Part shown: piece by piece, positions 10,899-20,720 of the stretch | Position numbering within the stretch: the first letter of the stretch is position 1 | Layout of the letters: every line of letters begins with the position of its first letter | NCBI GenBank assembly: GCA_963810935.1 | Contig: CAWEPK010000008.1 | Coordinates: forward strand, 767,483 to 831,482 | Source: an uncultured delta proteobacterium | GTDB lineage: Bacteria; Desulfobacterota; Syntrophorhabdia; Syntrophorhabdales; WCHB1-27 | Reading direction: 5' to 3' | Length of the DNA: 64,000 bases | Position numbers and translations under genes: made by a program | Notes under the pieces: generated by a model | The model's input: only the letters and a program-made list of their open reading frames with translations | Told to the model about the DNA's origin: nothing | Databases searched by the model: none

Positions 10899-11174
10899 CT
10901 ATCCCCCGTACTGCTTGAAAACGGCGAAGCCCAAAGTCAGGGCGAGGGCAATAATCGAAGCCGCAATGAGGCCGGCCAATGCATAGACCTCCGGGCTAAG
11001 CTTCACCGAACCTACGGCTTTGAAGGTCTGTTCAAGGTCGCGCAGCGGAAGGTAACGCGCCCTCTCCTGCTCGGCGAGCTGGCCGCTCCTGTAACCCCAG
11101 ACGAGAAGCGCCACCGCGGCAACCAGCCCTGCGGCCATAAGGCAAAACCAGGGAATAAGGCCGCACAGCATCAT
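10899..11174 (-). CDS. ccoS: cbb3-type oxidase maturation protein CcoS/FixS-like
   Basis: TM helix followed by WGYRSGQLAEQERARYLPL, matching the CcoS W..K/RSGQF pattern. Confidence 0.7.
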   Translation of the reverse strand: MMLCGLIPWFCLMAAGLVAAVALLVWGYRSGQLAEQERARYLPLRDLEQTFKAVGSVKLSPEVYALAGLIAASIIALALTLGFAVFKQYGG

Positions 11175-12118
11175 TTCACCCCCTGGGCCGTCTCATACGA
11201 GGCAGGTATCCCCTTCGGCGGCTTCCCTGCGTCCGATTGGCCTATGAACGTGACTGCCACGTAGTCCCCGACGCTCCATATCTTCTGCGATTCAAGGTCT
11301 TTCTTGAAGTACATCATCGCCGTCCCCGTTATACCGTTCATGATCTGATAGTAGAGTATGCCCCCCGTTATCCCCCTGTCTTTCAGGATCGTGAAATTGA
11401 GGGGGGGCGGATAGAGGAAGCGCTCGGCTGGCCCCATGCCGTCGCCTATCGGCCCGTGGCAGCCGATGCAGAAGCTTTCATATATGCGCTTGCCCTGGGC
11501 AAGGCTCCAGTCGGTAGTCGGATACGGGTTCGGCAGCGTCCGCCAGCCGTCAGGCACCCACGAGTGGAGCCAATCAACGTTTTTCTCCGGTCCCTCAAGG
11601 TATGCCGCGATGGCTTGCCCTTTCCAGTAACGTTGCCTTTCGACCCGTAAGTCCGCCATGCGGAAGCCGAGGGATTGCTTGTACGCGACGAGGGCGTTTA
11701 TCTTTTCCGGACCGAGGAACTCAAAGGCCGGCATGATCGACTCGGGCCTGGTGAAACGTGGGTTCGTAAAGTGGGCGATGTGCCAATCGTCCGGCCGCTC
11801 TCCCCCTTCCTGCGACAGGTCGGGGCCTGTCCGTTCCGTGCCGAGGAGGTGCGGCTGGTCGGCAACGTAGTCGCCCACCCTCGCGACGCGCTCAGCCCCG
11901 TGACCCCAATCCAGGTTTCTCACGAACTGCGTATGACAGAAGGTGCAGCCGTTTTGGATATAAACCTTGCGCCCCTCATCTTCAATGGCTGTCCTCGGTC
12001 GGAATATTTTAGAGGGCTCGCCTGGTACAGTCGTCCACGGCAGGATGACGGCGATCAGGAGGACCGCTCCGAAGACTATCAGCCCCCCTATGACGATGAG
12101 GCCCACCGACATTCTCAT
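11171..12118 (-). CDS. ccoO: cbb3-type oxidase subunit II (CcoO) fused to a second c-type heme domain
   Basis: GRKVYIQNGCTFCHTQFVR, GTERTGPDL, PESIMP; second CIGCH; start at MRMSVG. Confidence 0.88.
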   Translation of the reverse strand: MRMSVGLIVIGGLIVFGAVLLIAVILPWTTVPGEPSKIFRPRTAIEDEGRKVYIQNGCTFCHTQFVRNLDWGHGAERVARVGDYVADQPHLLGTERTGPDLSQEGGERPDDWHIAHFTNPRFTRPESIMPAFEFLGPEKINALVAYKQSLGFRMADLRVERQRYWKGQAIAAYLEGPEKNVDWLHSWVPDGWRTLPNPYPTTDWSLAQGKRIYESFCIGCHGPIGDGMGPAERFLYPPPLNFTILKDRGITGGILYYQIMNGITGTAMMYFKKDLESQKIWSVGDYVAVTFIGQSDAGKPPKGIPASYETAQGVK

Positions 12119-13506
12119 GGCGCCTCCTCCCCTGCGCCGGGTCGCGCGCCGCGCAGGCTCATCCATATGTTGAACAGCCCGATACAGGCGCCGACGAGGA
12201 TGAGCATGGCGAATAACAGCCTGAAAATAAAATACGGGTGTAGCTCGGGGAGCATCCTGTAAACCGTCTCTCCGTTGAGCCAGCCGTTGCCCTGGATTAG
12301 ACCCGCAGCGGTAAGGACAAACCAGAAGCCGCCCAGGCCGATAAGCACTAGCCAGTATTGGATGTCCGCAAGCTTCGCGCTGTACAGCGGCCTTCCGGTT
12401 ATCCTCGGTATGATGAAATAGGCAGCGCCGATAGCTATGAAGCCTGAGAAGCCGAGCACCGCTATATGTGAATGGCCCACCACCCAGTTCGTCAGGTGTG
12501 TCACGCGCTGGATAATCGGGAGGGCCTGAAACGGGCCCTGAAGGCAGACGATCAGGTACCAGACGAGGCCCGCGAATATCCACTTTCCCCCGACGTTAGC
12601 GTGCAGCACGGCCAGCCTCCCCCGCATCGTGAGCCACAGGTTCGTCAGTACGGTAAGCACGGGAAGGAGCATGCCGATAGAACCCGTGACCGCGACGACC
12701 TTCAGCCATGTGGGTACCGGGGCTTGCAGCAGGTGATGTGCGCCGATGTGGGGATAAAAAATAAGTATCGACCAAAAGCCTACGAGCGATATGGTGTGGC
12801 TGAAAAGCGGCCTGCCACTCAAAATAGGGACCGCGTAGTAAGAGGCGGCGACGGCCAGCGGCGTCAGGAAAAGCCCGACGATGCCGTGGCCGTAAAACCA
12901 GGCCAGTATGCCGTCGGCTACGCCGGTGATCGCCCCGGTGTAAGGGTGCCAGACAGCGTTCCCGAAGAAGTAGATCCACCAGATGAAGACGATTGCCGCG
13001 AAGGCGTACCAGACGGAGACGTAGAGTATCTTTTCCTGCCGCGCCCGCGCGGTCCTGAAAAGATTTAAGAACGTGATCGCCCAGGTGAAAAGCACCAGTA
13101 TGTCGATGGGCCAGATGTATTCTGCGTACTCCCGGCCCTGGCTGTAACCTAAAAGCAGAGTGACGCTGCCCGCCACTACCACCAGGTTCCAGAGCCACAT
13201 CGAGAGCCGACCGATGAACGGGCTGTACACCGGGGCCCGCACGAGGCGCGGCACATAGTAGTACATGGCGCCCATCAGGCCTGAGCCGACGAACCCGAAG
13301 ATCATGCCGTTCGTGTGCACGGGCCTTACGCGGCTGAAGACGAGCCACGAGATATTCTTATAGAGGAAAAGGTCGGGCGCGACCATCCAGGAGGCAAGGA
13401 TAAAACCACCGAGGGCGAACACGACGAACCAGATCGCCGACGAGAGGAAGAACCCGGCAACCGTGCCCCGCGCCCGATATGTCTCGTTAGTCTCCAGGTC
13501 CATCAT
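12115..13506 (-). CDS. ccoN: cbb3-like heme-copper oxidase subunit I
   Basis: RVRPVHTN, WFYGHGIVG, YPHIGAHH (Tyr at C-family spacing) and WVVGHSH: all six His ligands present. Confidence 0.92.
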   Translation of the reverse strand: MMDLETNETYRARGTVAGFFLSSAIWFVVFALGGFILASWMVAPDLFLYKNISWLVFSRVRPVHTNGMIFGFVGSGLMGAMYYYVPRLVRAPVYSPFIGRLSMWLWNLVVVAGSVTLLLGYSQGREYAEYIWPIDILVLFTWAITFLNLFRTARARQEKILYVSVWYAFAAIVFIWWIYFFGNAVWHPYTGAITGVADGILAWFYGHGIVGLFLTPLAVAASYYAVPILSGRPLFSHTISLVGFWSILIFYPHIGAHHLLQAPVPTWLKVVAVTGSIGMLLPVLTVLTNLWLTMRGRLAVLHANVGGKWIFAGLVWYLIVCLQGPFQALPIIQRVTHLTNWVVGHSHIAVLGFSGFIAIGAAYFIIPRITGRPLYSAKLADIQYWLVLIGLGGFWFVLTAAGLIQGNGWLNGETVYRMLPELHPYFIFRLLFAMLILVGACIGLFNIWMSLRGARPGAGEEAP

Positions 13507-13524
13507 AACTTCGCCTCATATATC

Positions 13525-14070
13525 TCATCTATGACACCCCAGCCAGCAATCCCGCTCAGCATTCATTTTCTTATGGCACTGGATGCAGAAACCCATCTGG
13601 AACTCCAGGCGGCCCAGCCTGTCCATGCTCCGCACGTCGCCGTGGCAGCGGGAGCAGTCGAGCTTTGCCCACGCGACGTGCGGCTCGTGGCGAAAGAAAA
13701 CGTACTCCGGGGTCCAGAAGACCCGTATCCACGGGACGGGTTTTTTTTCATCGAGGTAGCTTTTCTCCTTCTGTATTTCCGGATGGTCGGGGATCACGTA
13801 GTCGTGGCAGAAAAAGCATTTCTCTACTGCCGGCATGCCCGCGTTCTGCGACCTCTCCACTCCGCTATGGCAGAAGCGGCAATCTATCTGCTTTACTCCC
13901 GCGTGGACCCTGTGGCTGAAGGGAATGGGCTGGACAGGGCCCACCACGATGGCGGGATAAGCCGCATAGAAAAAGAACATGGCGGCAAAGATGCAGCCTC
14001 CGAGGACTATTAGAAGATAGCCTTGCCTCACCCCGGCTCGTTCTTTTTGTTCTTTTATGGGCTCATCCAT
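13525..14070 (-). CDS. actA: Membrane-anchored multiheme cytochrome c, ActA/QrcA-like
   Basis: PVQPIPFSHRVH; CRFCH, CFFCH, CSRCH, CIQCH plus terminal CWLGCH; start at MDEPIK. Confidence 0.85.
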   Translation of the reverse strand: MDEPIKEQKERAGVRQGYLLIVLGGCIFAAMFFFYAAYPAIVVGPVQPIPFSHRVHAGVKQIDCRFCHSGVERSQNAGMPAVEKCFFCHDYVIPDHPEIQKEKSYLDEKKPVPWIRVFWTPEYVFFRHEPHVAWAKLDCSRCHGDVRSMDRLGRLEFQMGFCIQCHKKMNAERDCWLGCHR

Positions 14071-15284
14071 CTCTTTTCTTCCAACAGGAACCTGTGGAAC
14101 AGCGGGTCCGAGACAGGCACGATAGGGACCCTTGAGAGAAACGCCATGATGCAAAGCGACACAAGGCCGAAAAAACCCGCCGATACCAATACTTCCAGCA
14201 GCCCGAACGGTATGCCTCGCCGGCCCGCCCACGTGGACGGCACAACAAGAAGGAAGCGCTCCATCCACAGGCCGACGAGCATCATGGTCGTAACAAAGAT
14301 CATCGGGCCGCGCTTTATCTTGATCCTCTTGCTGAGCAGGGTGAAGAAAGGGATGATAAAGACCATGAGGAGCACCGCCCAGCCAAAATGCTCCCACGGG
14401 GCCAGCTTGGCGCGCAGGATCACGAACCTTGTCTCCTCCGGCAGGTTGCCGTACCAGATGACGAGGAGCTGCCCGTAGAACAGATACCCGGTGAAAATGC
14501 AGAACCCGAAGGTCAGCTTGCCGAGGTCGTGAAACTGGCGCGGGTACAGGTACGACGCCAGGGCCAGCCGCCTGCCTGCAATGAGGGCAAATAAATAAAT
14601 GGCGATGATTGCGCTGTAAAAACTTGCGGTGAAGAAATATCCCGGAAAGAGGGTGCTGTACCATTCCGGATCGAGGGACATGACGAGATCGATTGCAAAG
14701 AGCGAAAGGATGAAGCCATACGCTATGGGAAGGACGGGGGAGAACCTCCACTGCGAGCGGAAGGGGCCCGTCCATGGATATCCGGTTGCGACTTGCGGCC
14801 TGCTGTTTGCGAGCCATTGTCTGTCTGCTTTAACGGAATAATAAACCAGGACCAGGGAGAAAACCGTCAGCGCCAGGATGCAGATGCCCTCTCGCGCGAA
14901 CATAAAGCGCGCGTTGAGGAAGGCCGCCTTTTGCGGCACGGGATTGAGCACCCAGCGGAATATGTGTCCTTTACCGGGCCAGAGGACCCAGAAGAGCAGG
15001 AAAGAGACCGGCAGGTAGGCGCCGAAGGACTCGGCGAGGCGCTTAAGCGGCCTGCCCCAGACTGCCTTCGAGAGGTTGAGGACGGCCGAAAATAGGACGG
15101 CGCCGAAAGCGAGGCCCGCCCAGAATACGTAGTTCACGACGTATACCTGCCAGGCCCGCAAAGCCATCTCGCCCGAAATGCCGTAAAGGAACGCGGCTGC
15201 ACCCGCAAGGGTCAAAAGTATAGAGACGGCGATCCAGGTTCCAGGCATCGCAGGATAGATGTCTTTCGGCTCAGGCGCCTGCAT
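14055..15284 (-). CDS. actF: ACIII membrane subunit ActF-like
   Basis: DLVMSLDPEWYSTLF, HDLGKL, QLLVIWYGNLPEET motifs; start at MQAPEP. Confidence 0.85.
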   Translation of the reverse strand: MQAPEPKDIYPAMPGTWIAVSILLTLAGAAAFLYGISGEMALRAWQVYVVNYVFWAGLAFGAVLFSAVLNLSKAVWGRPLKRLAESFGAYLPVSFLLFWVLWPGKGHIFRWVLNPVPQKAAFLNARFMFAREGICILALTVFSLVLVYYSVKADRQWLANSRPQVATGYPWTGPFRSQWRFSPVLPIAYGFILSLFAIDLVMSLDPEWYSTLFPGYFFTASFYSAIIAIYLFALIAGRRLALASYLYPRQFHDLGKLTFGFCIFTGYLFYGQLLVIWYGNLPEETRFVILRAKLAPWEHFGWAVLLMVFIIPFFTLLSKRIKIKRGPMIFVTTMMLVGLWMERFLLVVPSTWAGRRGIPFGLLEVLVSAGFFGLVSLCIMAFLSRVPIVPVSDPLFHRFLLEEKRWMSP

Positions 15285-15783
15285 CGCGTACCCCCTCTGC
15301 GCCGGCTTCCCTGGCGATGCGCTCCGCCTCCGACCGGTCCTCCTCATCCGTTGCGAAGACGATCCCGAATTTGTCGCCGGAAAATTCCTGGTTGTAGCCC
15401 GCATCGACAAACGGCTGGGGGAGGCCTGCCTTGAAGACCCAGGAGATGAAGGCGGAAAGGGAGGCGAGAAGTATAGTCCCCTCGAAGGCGATGACCACCC
15501 AGGGTATCCAGGCTAGGACCGGCTTGCCGTAGACGATCAGCTTGAAGGAGAGGTGCGCATAAGTCGCCAGACCGACAAGCACGCTGCCTCCAGTAAGCCC
15601 TCCGATGAGGGTGAAGAGGCGGGTCTTGCTCACGCTCGTACCGAGGGCCTCCTCTATCTGCGGCAGGCGCACGGGGGAAAAGACCGAATTGATCCGGTAT
15701 CCCTTCTCCTTCAATGTTTTGAGGCACGCAAGGAAATCATCGATGTGGCTGAAGGCCGCGACGAGCATCATTTCACTCTTCAC
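15271..15783 (-). CDS. actD: ACIII subunit ActD (DUF3341)
   Basis: VFSP, GKP..WIPWVVIAFEGTIL motifs; lies between actC and actF. Confidence 0.82.
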   Translation of the reverse strand: MKSEMMLVAAFSHIDDFLACLKTLKEKGYRINSVFSPVRLPQIEEALGTSVSKTRLFTLIGGLTGGSVLVGLATYAHLSFKLIVYGKPVLAWIPWVVIAFEGTILLASLSAFISWVFKAGLPQPFVDAGYNQEFSGDKFGIVFATDEEDRSEAERIAREAGAEGVRDAGA

Positions 15784-17125
15784 GGAACAACCCTCCCTTC
15801 CGCATGGGTATCCCGGCCTCCTTCTTCACCTCCGAAATGGGGATCGACGGCAAAAACTTTGCGAAGAGCATGAAGCAAAGAAGGAGGAAGCAGAACGTGC
15901 CGAAGGTATAGGCAAGCTCAGTCCAATTGGGCCAGTAGAATCCCCACTGGTAGGGAAGAAAATTCTGCGAGAGCGACTGAACGACGATGATGAACCGCTC
16001 CCACAACATGCCGATGTTTATCACTATCGAGATAATAAAGAGCCAGACCGTGTTTGTCCGGAAAGTCCGGATAAAGAAAAGCATCGGGACCGCCACCACA
16101 CAGAAGACGACAAGCCACATGATCCAGCCGTAGTAGCCGGTCAGGCGGAACATGTAAAGCTGGTTCTCGAATATATCCGCAGAGTACCAGGCCATGAAGT
16201 GCTCGGCTGCGTAAGAGTAAGCCAGGATAACGGCAGTCACTATCGAAGTCTCGGCGATAAGCTCCAGTGTGCGCGTTGTGACGATATTCTCGATGCGGAA
16301 GATGCGCCGCATGGGGATAAGCAGGGTCAGCACCATGGCGAGACCCGAATGGATGGCTCCGGCAACGAAGTACGGCGGAAAGATCGTGCTGTGCCATCCC
16401 GGCTGTATGGGGAGTGCGAAGTCCCAGGAGACTACGGTATGGACGGAGATCACGAGCGCCGTCGCGAGACCTGCAAGCAGGAGATAGGACGTGGCGTAAT
16501 GGTGCCATTGTTTGGCGGACCCCGTCCATCCGAGGGCAAAGTAGCCGTAGACCTTGCGCCAGGTGCCCGTCGTCCGGTCACGAATTACGGCCAGATCGGG
16601 CACGAGGCCCGTATACCAGAAGATGAGGCTCACCGTGAAATAGGTGGAGACTGCGAGAACGTCGAAGATCAGGGGCGATATGAAGTCGGGCCATATCTCT
16701 CGCTGGTTGGGGTACGGGAGGAGCCAGTAGAATATCCAGCTCCTGCCCAGGTGTATCAGCGGGTAGGTGCCTGCAATCATGATGCAGATCATCGTCATGG
16801 CCTCTGCCATACGGTTGATGGACGTGCGGAACCGGGCGCGGAACAGGTAAAGGATCGCGGAGATAAAGGTCCCGGAATGCGCGAGCCCTATCCAGAAAAT
16901 AAAGTTGGATATGAAGATGCCCCACATGACGCCCGGCGGGCGGTAGCCCGCCCCGCCGAGGCCGACCGCAACAAGATACCCCCAGGCGCAAAGCCCGCAG
17001 ATGAACCCCAGGGACAGAAGAAAAGCGACAAACCAGTAATATCGGGGCGGACGCCAAAGCGTGCCGAGGATCTCATCGTTGACGTCCCTGAAATCGACCA
17101 CAGGTCCCGTTTCCGGTTCGGCCAT
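15773..17125 (-). CDS. actC: NrfD/PsrC-family quinol-oxidising subunit ActC
   Basis: NFIFWIGLAHSGTFISAIL, HLGRSW, SVHTVVSWDFA, GWHSTIFPPYFVAGAI. Confidence 0.93.
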   Translation of the reverse strand: MAEPETGPVVDFRDVNDEILGTLWRPPRYYWFVAFLLSLGFICGLCAWGYLVAVGLGGAGYRPPGVMWGIFISNFIFWIGLAHSGTFISAILYLFRARFRTSINRMAEAMTMICIMIAGTYPLIHLGRSWIFYWLLPYPNQREIWPDFISPLIFDVLAVSTYFTVSLIFWYTGLVPDLAVIRDRTTGTWRKVYGYFALGWTGSAKQWHHYATSYLLLAGLATALVISVHTVVSWDFALPIQPGWHSTIFPPYFVAGAIHSGLAMVLTLLIPMRRIFRIENIVTTRTLELIAETSIVTAVILAYSYAAEHFMAWYSADIFENQLYMFRLTGYYGWIMWLVVFCVVAVPMLFFIRTFRTNTVWLFIISIVINIGMLWERFIIVVQSLSQNFLPYQWGFYWPNWTELAYTFGTFCFLLLCFMLFAKFLPSIPISEVKKEAGIPMRKGGLFREE

Positions 17126-17139
17126 AGGATCGCCCCTTC

Positions 17140-20058
17140 CTACACCCGGACTGTCCGGGTGATTTTCTTCAGGTAGATAACGGCCGTCTTAGTATTGAGC
17201 CTGCCCAGCACCTGGTAGGCGCGGGACTGGCTCACCAGCTTCGAGACCCGGCTTTCGGGGTCCATAAGGTTGCCGAACGTTATGGCATCGGCTGGACACG
17301 TCTGCGCGCAGGCGGTCGTGAACTCTCCGTCCTTTACCTTGCGCCCCTCAGACGTAGCCATCCTCTTCGCCCCGATGATGCGCTGGATGCAGAAGGAGCA
17401 CTTCTCCATCACTCCTTGCTGCCGCACGGTAACGTCCGGGTTGAGCTGCCATTCCAGGGGGTGGTCGTGCGGCCACTTGTGCCAGTTGAACCTCCGCACT
17501 TTCCAGGGGCAGTTCTGGTTGCAGTCGCGTGTTCCGATGCAGCGGTTGTAGACCTGGTTGTTGATCCCTTCTTTGTTATGGTTCGGCGCGAAGACCGGGC
17601 AGACCGATTCGCACGGCGCGGAGTCGCAATGCTGGCACAGCATCGGCAGGAACCGGATGAAAGGCTGCTCGTGCTCAAGATAGCGCTCGATGTGAAGCCA
17701 GGACATCTCGCGCCCCATTGCGAAATCCATCTTTCCGATGGTTTTCACGTTGTTCTCCGCGTAGCACGCGATCACGCACGCCTGGCAGCCGATGCACCGG
17801 TCTAGGTCGATCGCCATGCCCCAGCGGTAGGCCACGTGCATGTGGATCGGGTAGAAATCGGTCTCCTTCCTCCATCCCGAAGGCAGGGGCATGTTCACTT
17901 CCGGGGCCCTGTCCGGCGTCTCGCCGTATTCCTTGTATGGGATGGTCCGGGCGAGCCTCCGGCCGTGCTGGTAGGCGCTGCCGTCTGCATTTGCCACGAC
18001 GACGGAGCGCCCCGTCTTGGTGATGGTGACCAACTGAAGCGACCGGACGAGCCCCCCTGATGCATCGAGATTGCCTGAGAGCAGCACGTTCGGATTGCCG
18101 CTTGAATCGGGCTCGACGTAGCGGCTGAACGCCTTCGCGTGGCCCTGGCCGAGGGGCATCGCCAGCGTGCCGGGCCGGATGCCCGCATACGGGAAAGCGG
18201 GCGCCTCTATCGTCTTGTTTTCCTCGCGTATCCTGACCACGTCGCCTTTTGCGATATCCATCTGCCTTGCCGTATCAGGGTCGATCTCCACCCAGCCGCC
18301 CCACGCAATCATGGTGACCGGATCGGGCATTTCCTGCAAGAAAGGACGGTTCGCCAGACGGCCGTCGAAGAACTGGATGGTCGGGTAGACAAAGAAATCC
18401 ATCGCGTCCACAGGTCTTTGGACGGGGACACCGGATGGGGGCGAAAATGCAAAGGTGCGCGCCCTGCCCTGTTCCGCCGCCCGGCCGGGCGCGGCCTCTT
18501 CCCAGAGACCTCCCCGCGCGACGCACTGCTGCCAGAAGGCTTCACCGGAAGTGGCCCCGGCCTGCCTCAGGCGTTTCTGCTCCCAGGCGTTTCTCAAGGC
18601 TGCGTAGAAATCTTTCTCAGGGAACTTCGCCTGCCCGGCAGCGGCCTTACCCAGATAAAGCATGATGTCGCCCAGGGGCATCGTGTTGAAAAGCCTGCCC
18701 ATGGCCGGCTGCAAAAGGCCGGTCACATTTGCCGAGGGGCTGTAATCGCCCCATGATTCGAGGAAGGTGTCGGCGGGTAATATAAGGCCCGCGTGGCGGG
18801 TCGTCTCGTCTGGGAAGCTGGAGAGGCTTATTACCAGCGGGACTTTAGCCAGGGCTTTTTCGAACTCCCAGGAGTCGGGGAGGTTGTAAACGGGGTTGGC
18901 TCCGTACAGGAGCAGCGCGCCGACGTTGCCGGCAGCCATGCGCTCCTTCAGCGCCTTTATGTCTGAAGCGGGCGCAGTCCGGCCGAGGGAGGACGGGTTT
19001 CCAAAATCGATGAGCTTTCCACTTTCCGGCGACAGGGTGCAAAGGAGGTTCGCTGCGACCGCGGTCTCCAGTGCATTCGGGTCCTGGAACGCCATGCCTT
19101 CCGCAAGCGCGAGAGGCCGCCTGGCTGCCGAAAACTGTTTGGCGATGGCAGACAGGACGCTTGCCTGCACCCCGGTCCTCGCTTCAACGGCCGCAGGGGT
19201 AAAAGCGACAACGCTGCCCGGAATGCCTGCCGCACCCTCCTGAGCAAGCAGGCGAAGGAGCCCGAGGGCCACATAGCGCTCGCCGCCCGGAGGAACCGGC
19301 ACCCATTGGTCCGCACTGGCCGCAGTCATCGAAAGCCGCGGACCGACAAAAACGAACATGCTCTTCCCGTCACGGCGCGGCTCGTGAAAGGCGGCGAACT
19401 GGCGCGTAAAGTGGACGTTGGATATCCAGGTCTCCAAAAAATAGGCGCCGAACGAAATCAGGAAATCGGCCTCGTCGATGCGGTAGTCGGGTATCCGGGC
19501 GGAGCCGAAGACGATGTCATTGGCCTGCCGCAAGGGCTCGTACGCGAACGGCTCGTAAATAACATACCGGCCGCCCAGCGCGCCCATCAGGCGCTCTGCG
19601 AGGTCCTGCTCCGTGCCGGTCATAAGGTGGGACATGAAGACCGTCTTCTGACCGGCGGCTGACAGCCCATCGGCGGCTATTTTCAGGGCTTTTTCCCAGG
19701 ATACGGGCCGCATAGCGCCGCTTGCGTCTCTCGCCATGGGCTGCGTATACCTGTCCGGGTTGTATATGCCCTGCACGGACGCCTGCCCCCTCGGGCAAAG
19801 CCTGCCCGTGTTCACCGGGTGCTCCGGGTTGCCTTCCACCTTGATGATATGGCCGTCCCTGTTTTTGGTTAGGATGCCGCAGCCGGCCGGGCACTCCCTG
19901 CACGTACCGGCGTACCATGTCGCCTCTCCGGGCACGATGTCCTCCGGCGGGACTACGTAGGGTATCAGGTAGCGCACCTTCTCCGTGCAACCCGATAGGG
20001 TTGCGGAGCCTGCGACACCAAGTGTTTTGAGGAATTGGCGTCTTGAGAGCTTCGCCAT
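17140..20058 (-). CDS. actB: ACIII subunit ActB (molybdopterin-oxidoreductase-like domain + C-terminal FeS domain), Tat-exported
   Basis: MAKLSRRQFLK Tat signal; CRECPAGC..C; C-terminal CIGCQACVIAC, CQHCDSAPCESVCP, CIGTRDCNQNCP, GVMEKCSFC. Confidence 0.92.
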   Translation of the reverse strand: MAKLSRRQFLKTLGVAGSATLSGCTEKVRYLIPYVVPPEDIVPGEATWYAGTCRECPAGCGILTKNRDGHIIKVEGNPEHPVNTGRLCPRGQASVQGIYNPDRYTQPMARDASGAMRPVSWEKALKIAADGLSAAGQKTVFMSHLMTGTEQDLAERLMGALGGRYVIYEPFAYEPLRQANDIVFGSARIPDYRIDEADFLISFGAYFLETWISNVHFTRQFAAFHEPRRDGKSMFVFVGPRLSMTAASADQWVPVPPGGERYVALGLLRLLAQEGAAGIPGSVVAFTPAAVEARTGVQASVLSAIAKQFSAARRPLALAEGMAFQDPNALETAVAANLLCTLSPESGKLIDFGNPSSLGRTAPASDIKALKERMAAGNVGALLLYGANPVYNLPDSWEFEKALAKVPLVISLSSFPDETTRHAGLILPADTFLESWGDYSPSANVTGLLQPAMGRLFNTMPLGDIMLYLGKAAAGQAKFPEKDFYAALRNAWEQKRLRQAGATSGEAFWQQCVARGGLWEEAAPGRAAEQGRARTFAFSPPSGVPVQRPVDAMDFFVYPTIQFFDGRLANRPFLQEMPDPVTMIAWGGWVEIDPDTARQMDIAKGDVVRIREENKTIEAPAFPYAGIRPGTLAMPLGQGHAKAFSRYVEPDSSGNPNVLLSGNLDASGGLVRSLQLVTITKTGRSVVVANADGSAYQHGRRLARTIPYKEYGETPDRAPEVNMPLPSGWRKETDFYPIHMHVAYRWGMAIDLDRCIGCQACVIACYAENNVKTIGKMDFAMGREMSWLHIERYLEHEQPFIRFLPMLCQHCDSAPCESVCPVFAPNHNKEGINNQVYNRCIGTRDCNQNCPWKVRRFNWHKWPHDHPLEWQLNPDVTVRQQGVMEKCSFCIQRIIGAKRMATSEGRKVKDGEFTTACAQTCPADAITFGNLMDPESRVSKLVSQSRAYQVLGRLNTKTAVIYLKKITRTVRV

Positions 20059-20202
20059 CGGTGCCCCTTTTATAACGTATGTACGCAAAGCACGCGCTTC
20101 AAGAGAAAACCGGGTAGGCTGCCGCCCGGACCACAGTATTGATTTTTTGCCGCGGAAGTGCGATATAGGAATAGAAGCTACTGACCAATCGAGGAGGTTG
20201 TC

Positions 20203-20607
20203 ATGGATACTGCTTTGGAATTTTTGAAGGCCAACAAGGTCTTCCACATCGGGACTACCGACGGGGCCAAAGGAAGGGTACGCCCCTTCGCTTTTGTAAT
20301 GAAGAGAAACAATACCATCTATTTTTGCACGGGAAAGATGAAGGAAGTCTACAAGCAGATGAGCCAGTACCCGGACATCGAGATTTCCGCGATGGGCTCG
20401 GACAATACGTGGCTCAGGATACGCGGCAAGATCGCCTTCGATGACACCCGCGATGCAAAAGCGCAGGCCTTCGCCGAGTCCGCCAACCTTATAAACATGT
20501 ACAAGAAAGGGGCCGACGACGAGACATTCGTCACCTTTTACTTTACCGACGGCACGGCAACCCTTTATTCTTTCGGCGGGCCGCCAAAGAACTTGCCGTT
20601 GGCGTAG
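20203..20607 (+). CDS. Pyridoxamine 5'-phosphate oxidase-like FMN-binding protein
   Basis: RVRPF..IYFCT..KEVYKQM..P.IEI..WLRIRG pattern; RBS GAGGAGG. Confidence 0.8.
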   Translation: MDTALEFLKANKVFHIGTTDGAKGRVRPFAFVMKRNNTIYFCTGKMKEVYKQMSQYPDIEISAMGSDNTWLRIRGKIAFDDTRDAKAQAFAESANLINMYKKGADDETFVTFYFTDGTATLYSFGGPPKNLPLA

Positions 20608-20678
20608 AAGACAGCCCTCAAGCGCTTCCCCGCCACCGGGAAAGCGTGGCGCCGAAAGGAAATAGCGCATCAAAATTT

Positions 20679-20720
20679 AAAATAGAGGGGTTAGCCCGTC
20701 CCGGCTGACCCCTCTATTTT
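20679..20720. terminator. Strong bidirectional hairpin terminator
   Basis: AAAATAGAGGGGTTAGCC-CGTCCC-GGCTGACCCCTCTATTTT inverted repeat. Confidence 0.75.

Noticed and set aside
15605..17176. Long antisense/shadow ORFs (this 523-aa one and many similar)
   Set aside because: They overlap well-supported genes on the opposite strand or frame, a typical high-GC artefact, and have no motifs
20059..20673. 205-aa N-terminal extension of ActB
   Set aside because: It is the antisense of the 20203..20607 gene; the Tat signal marks the real start at 20058
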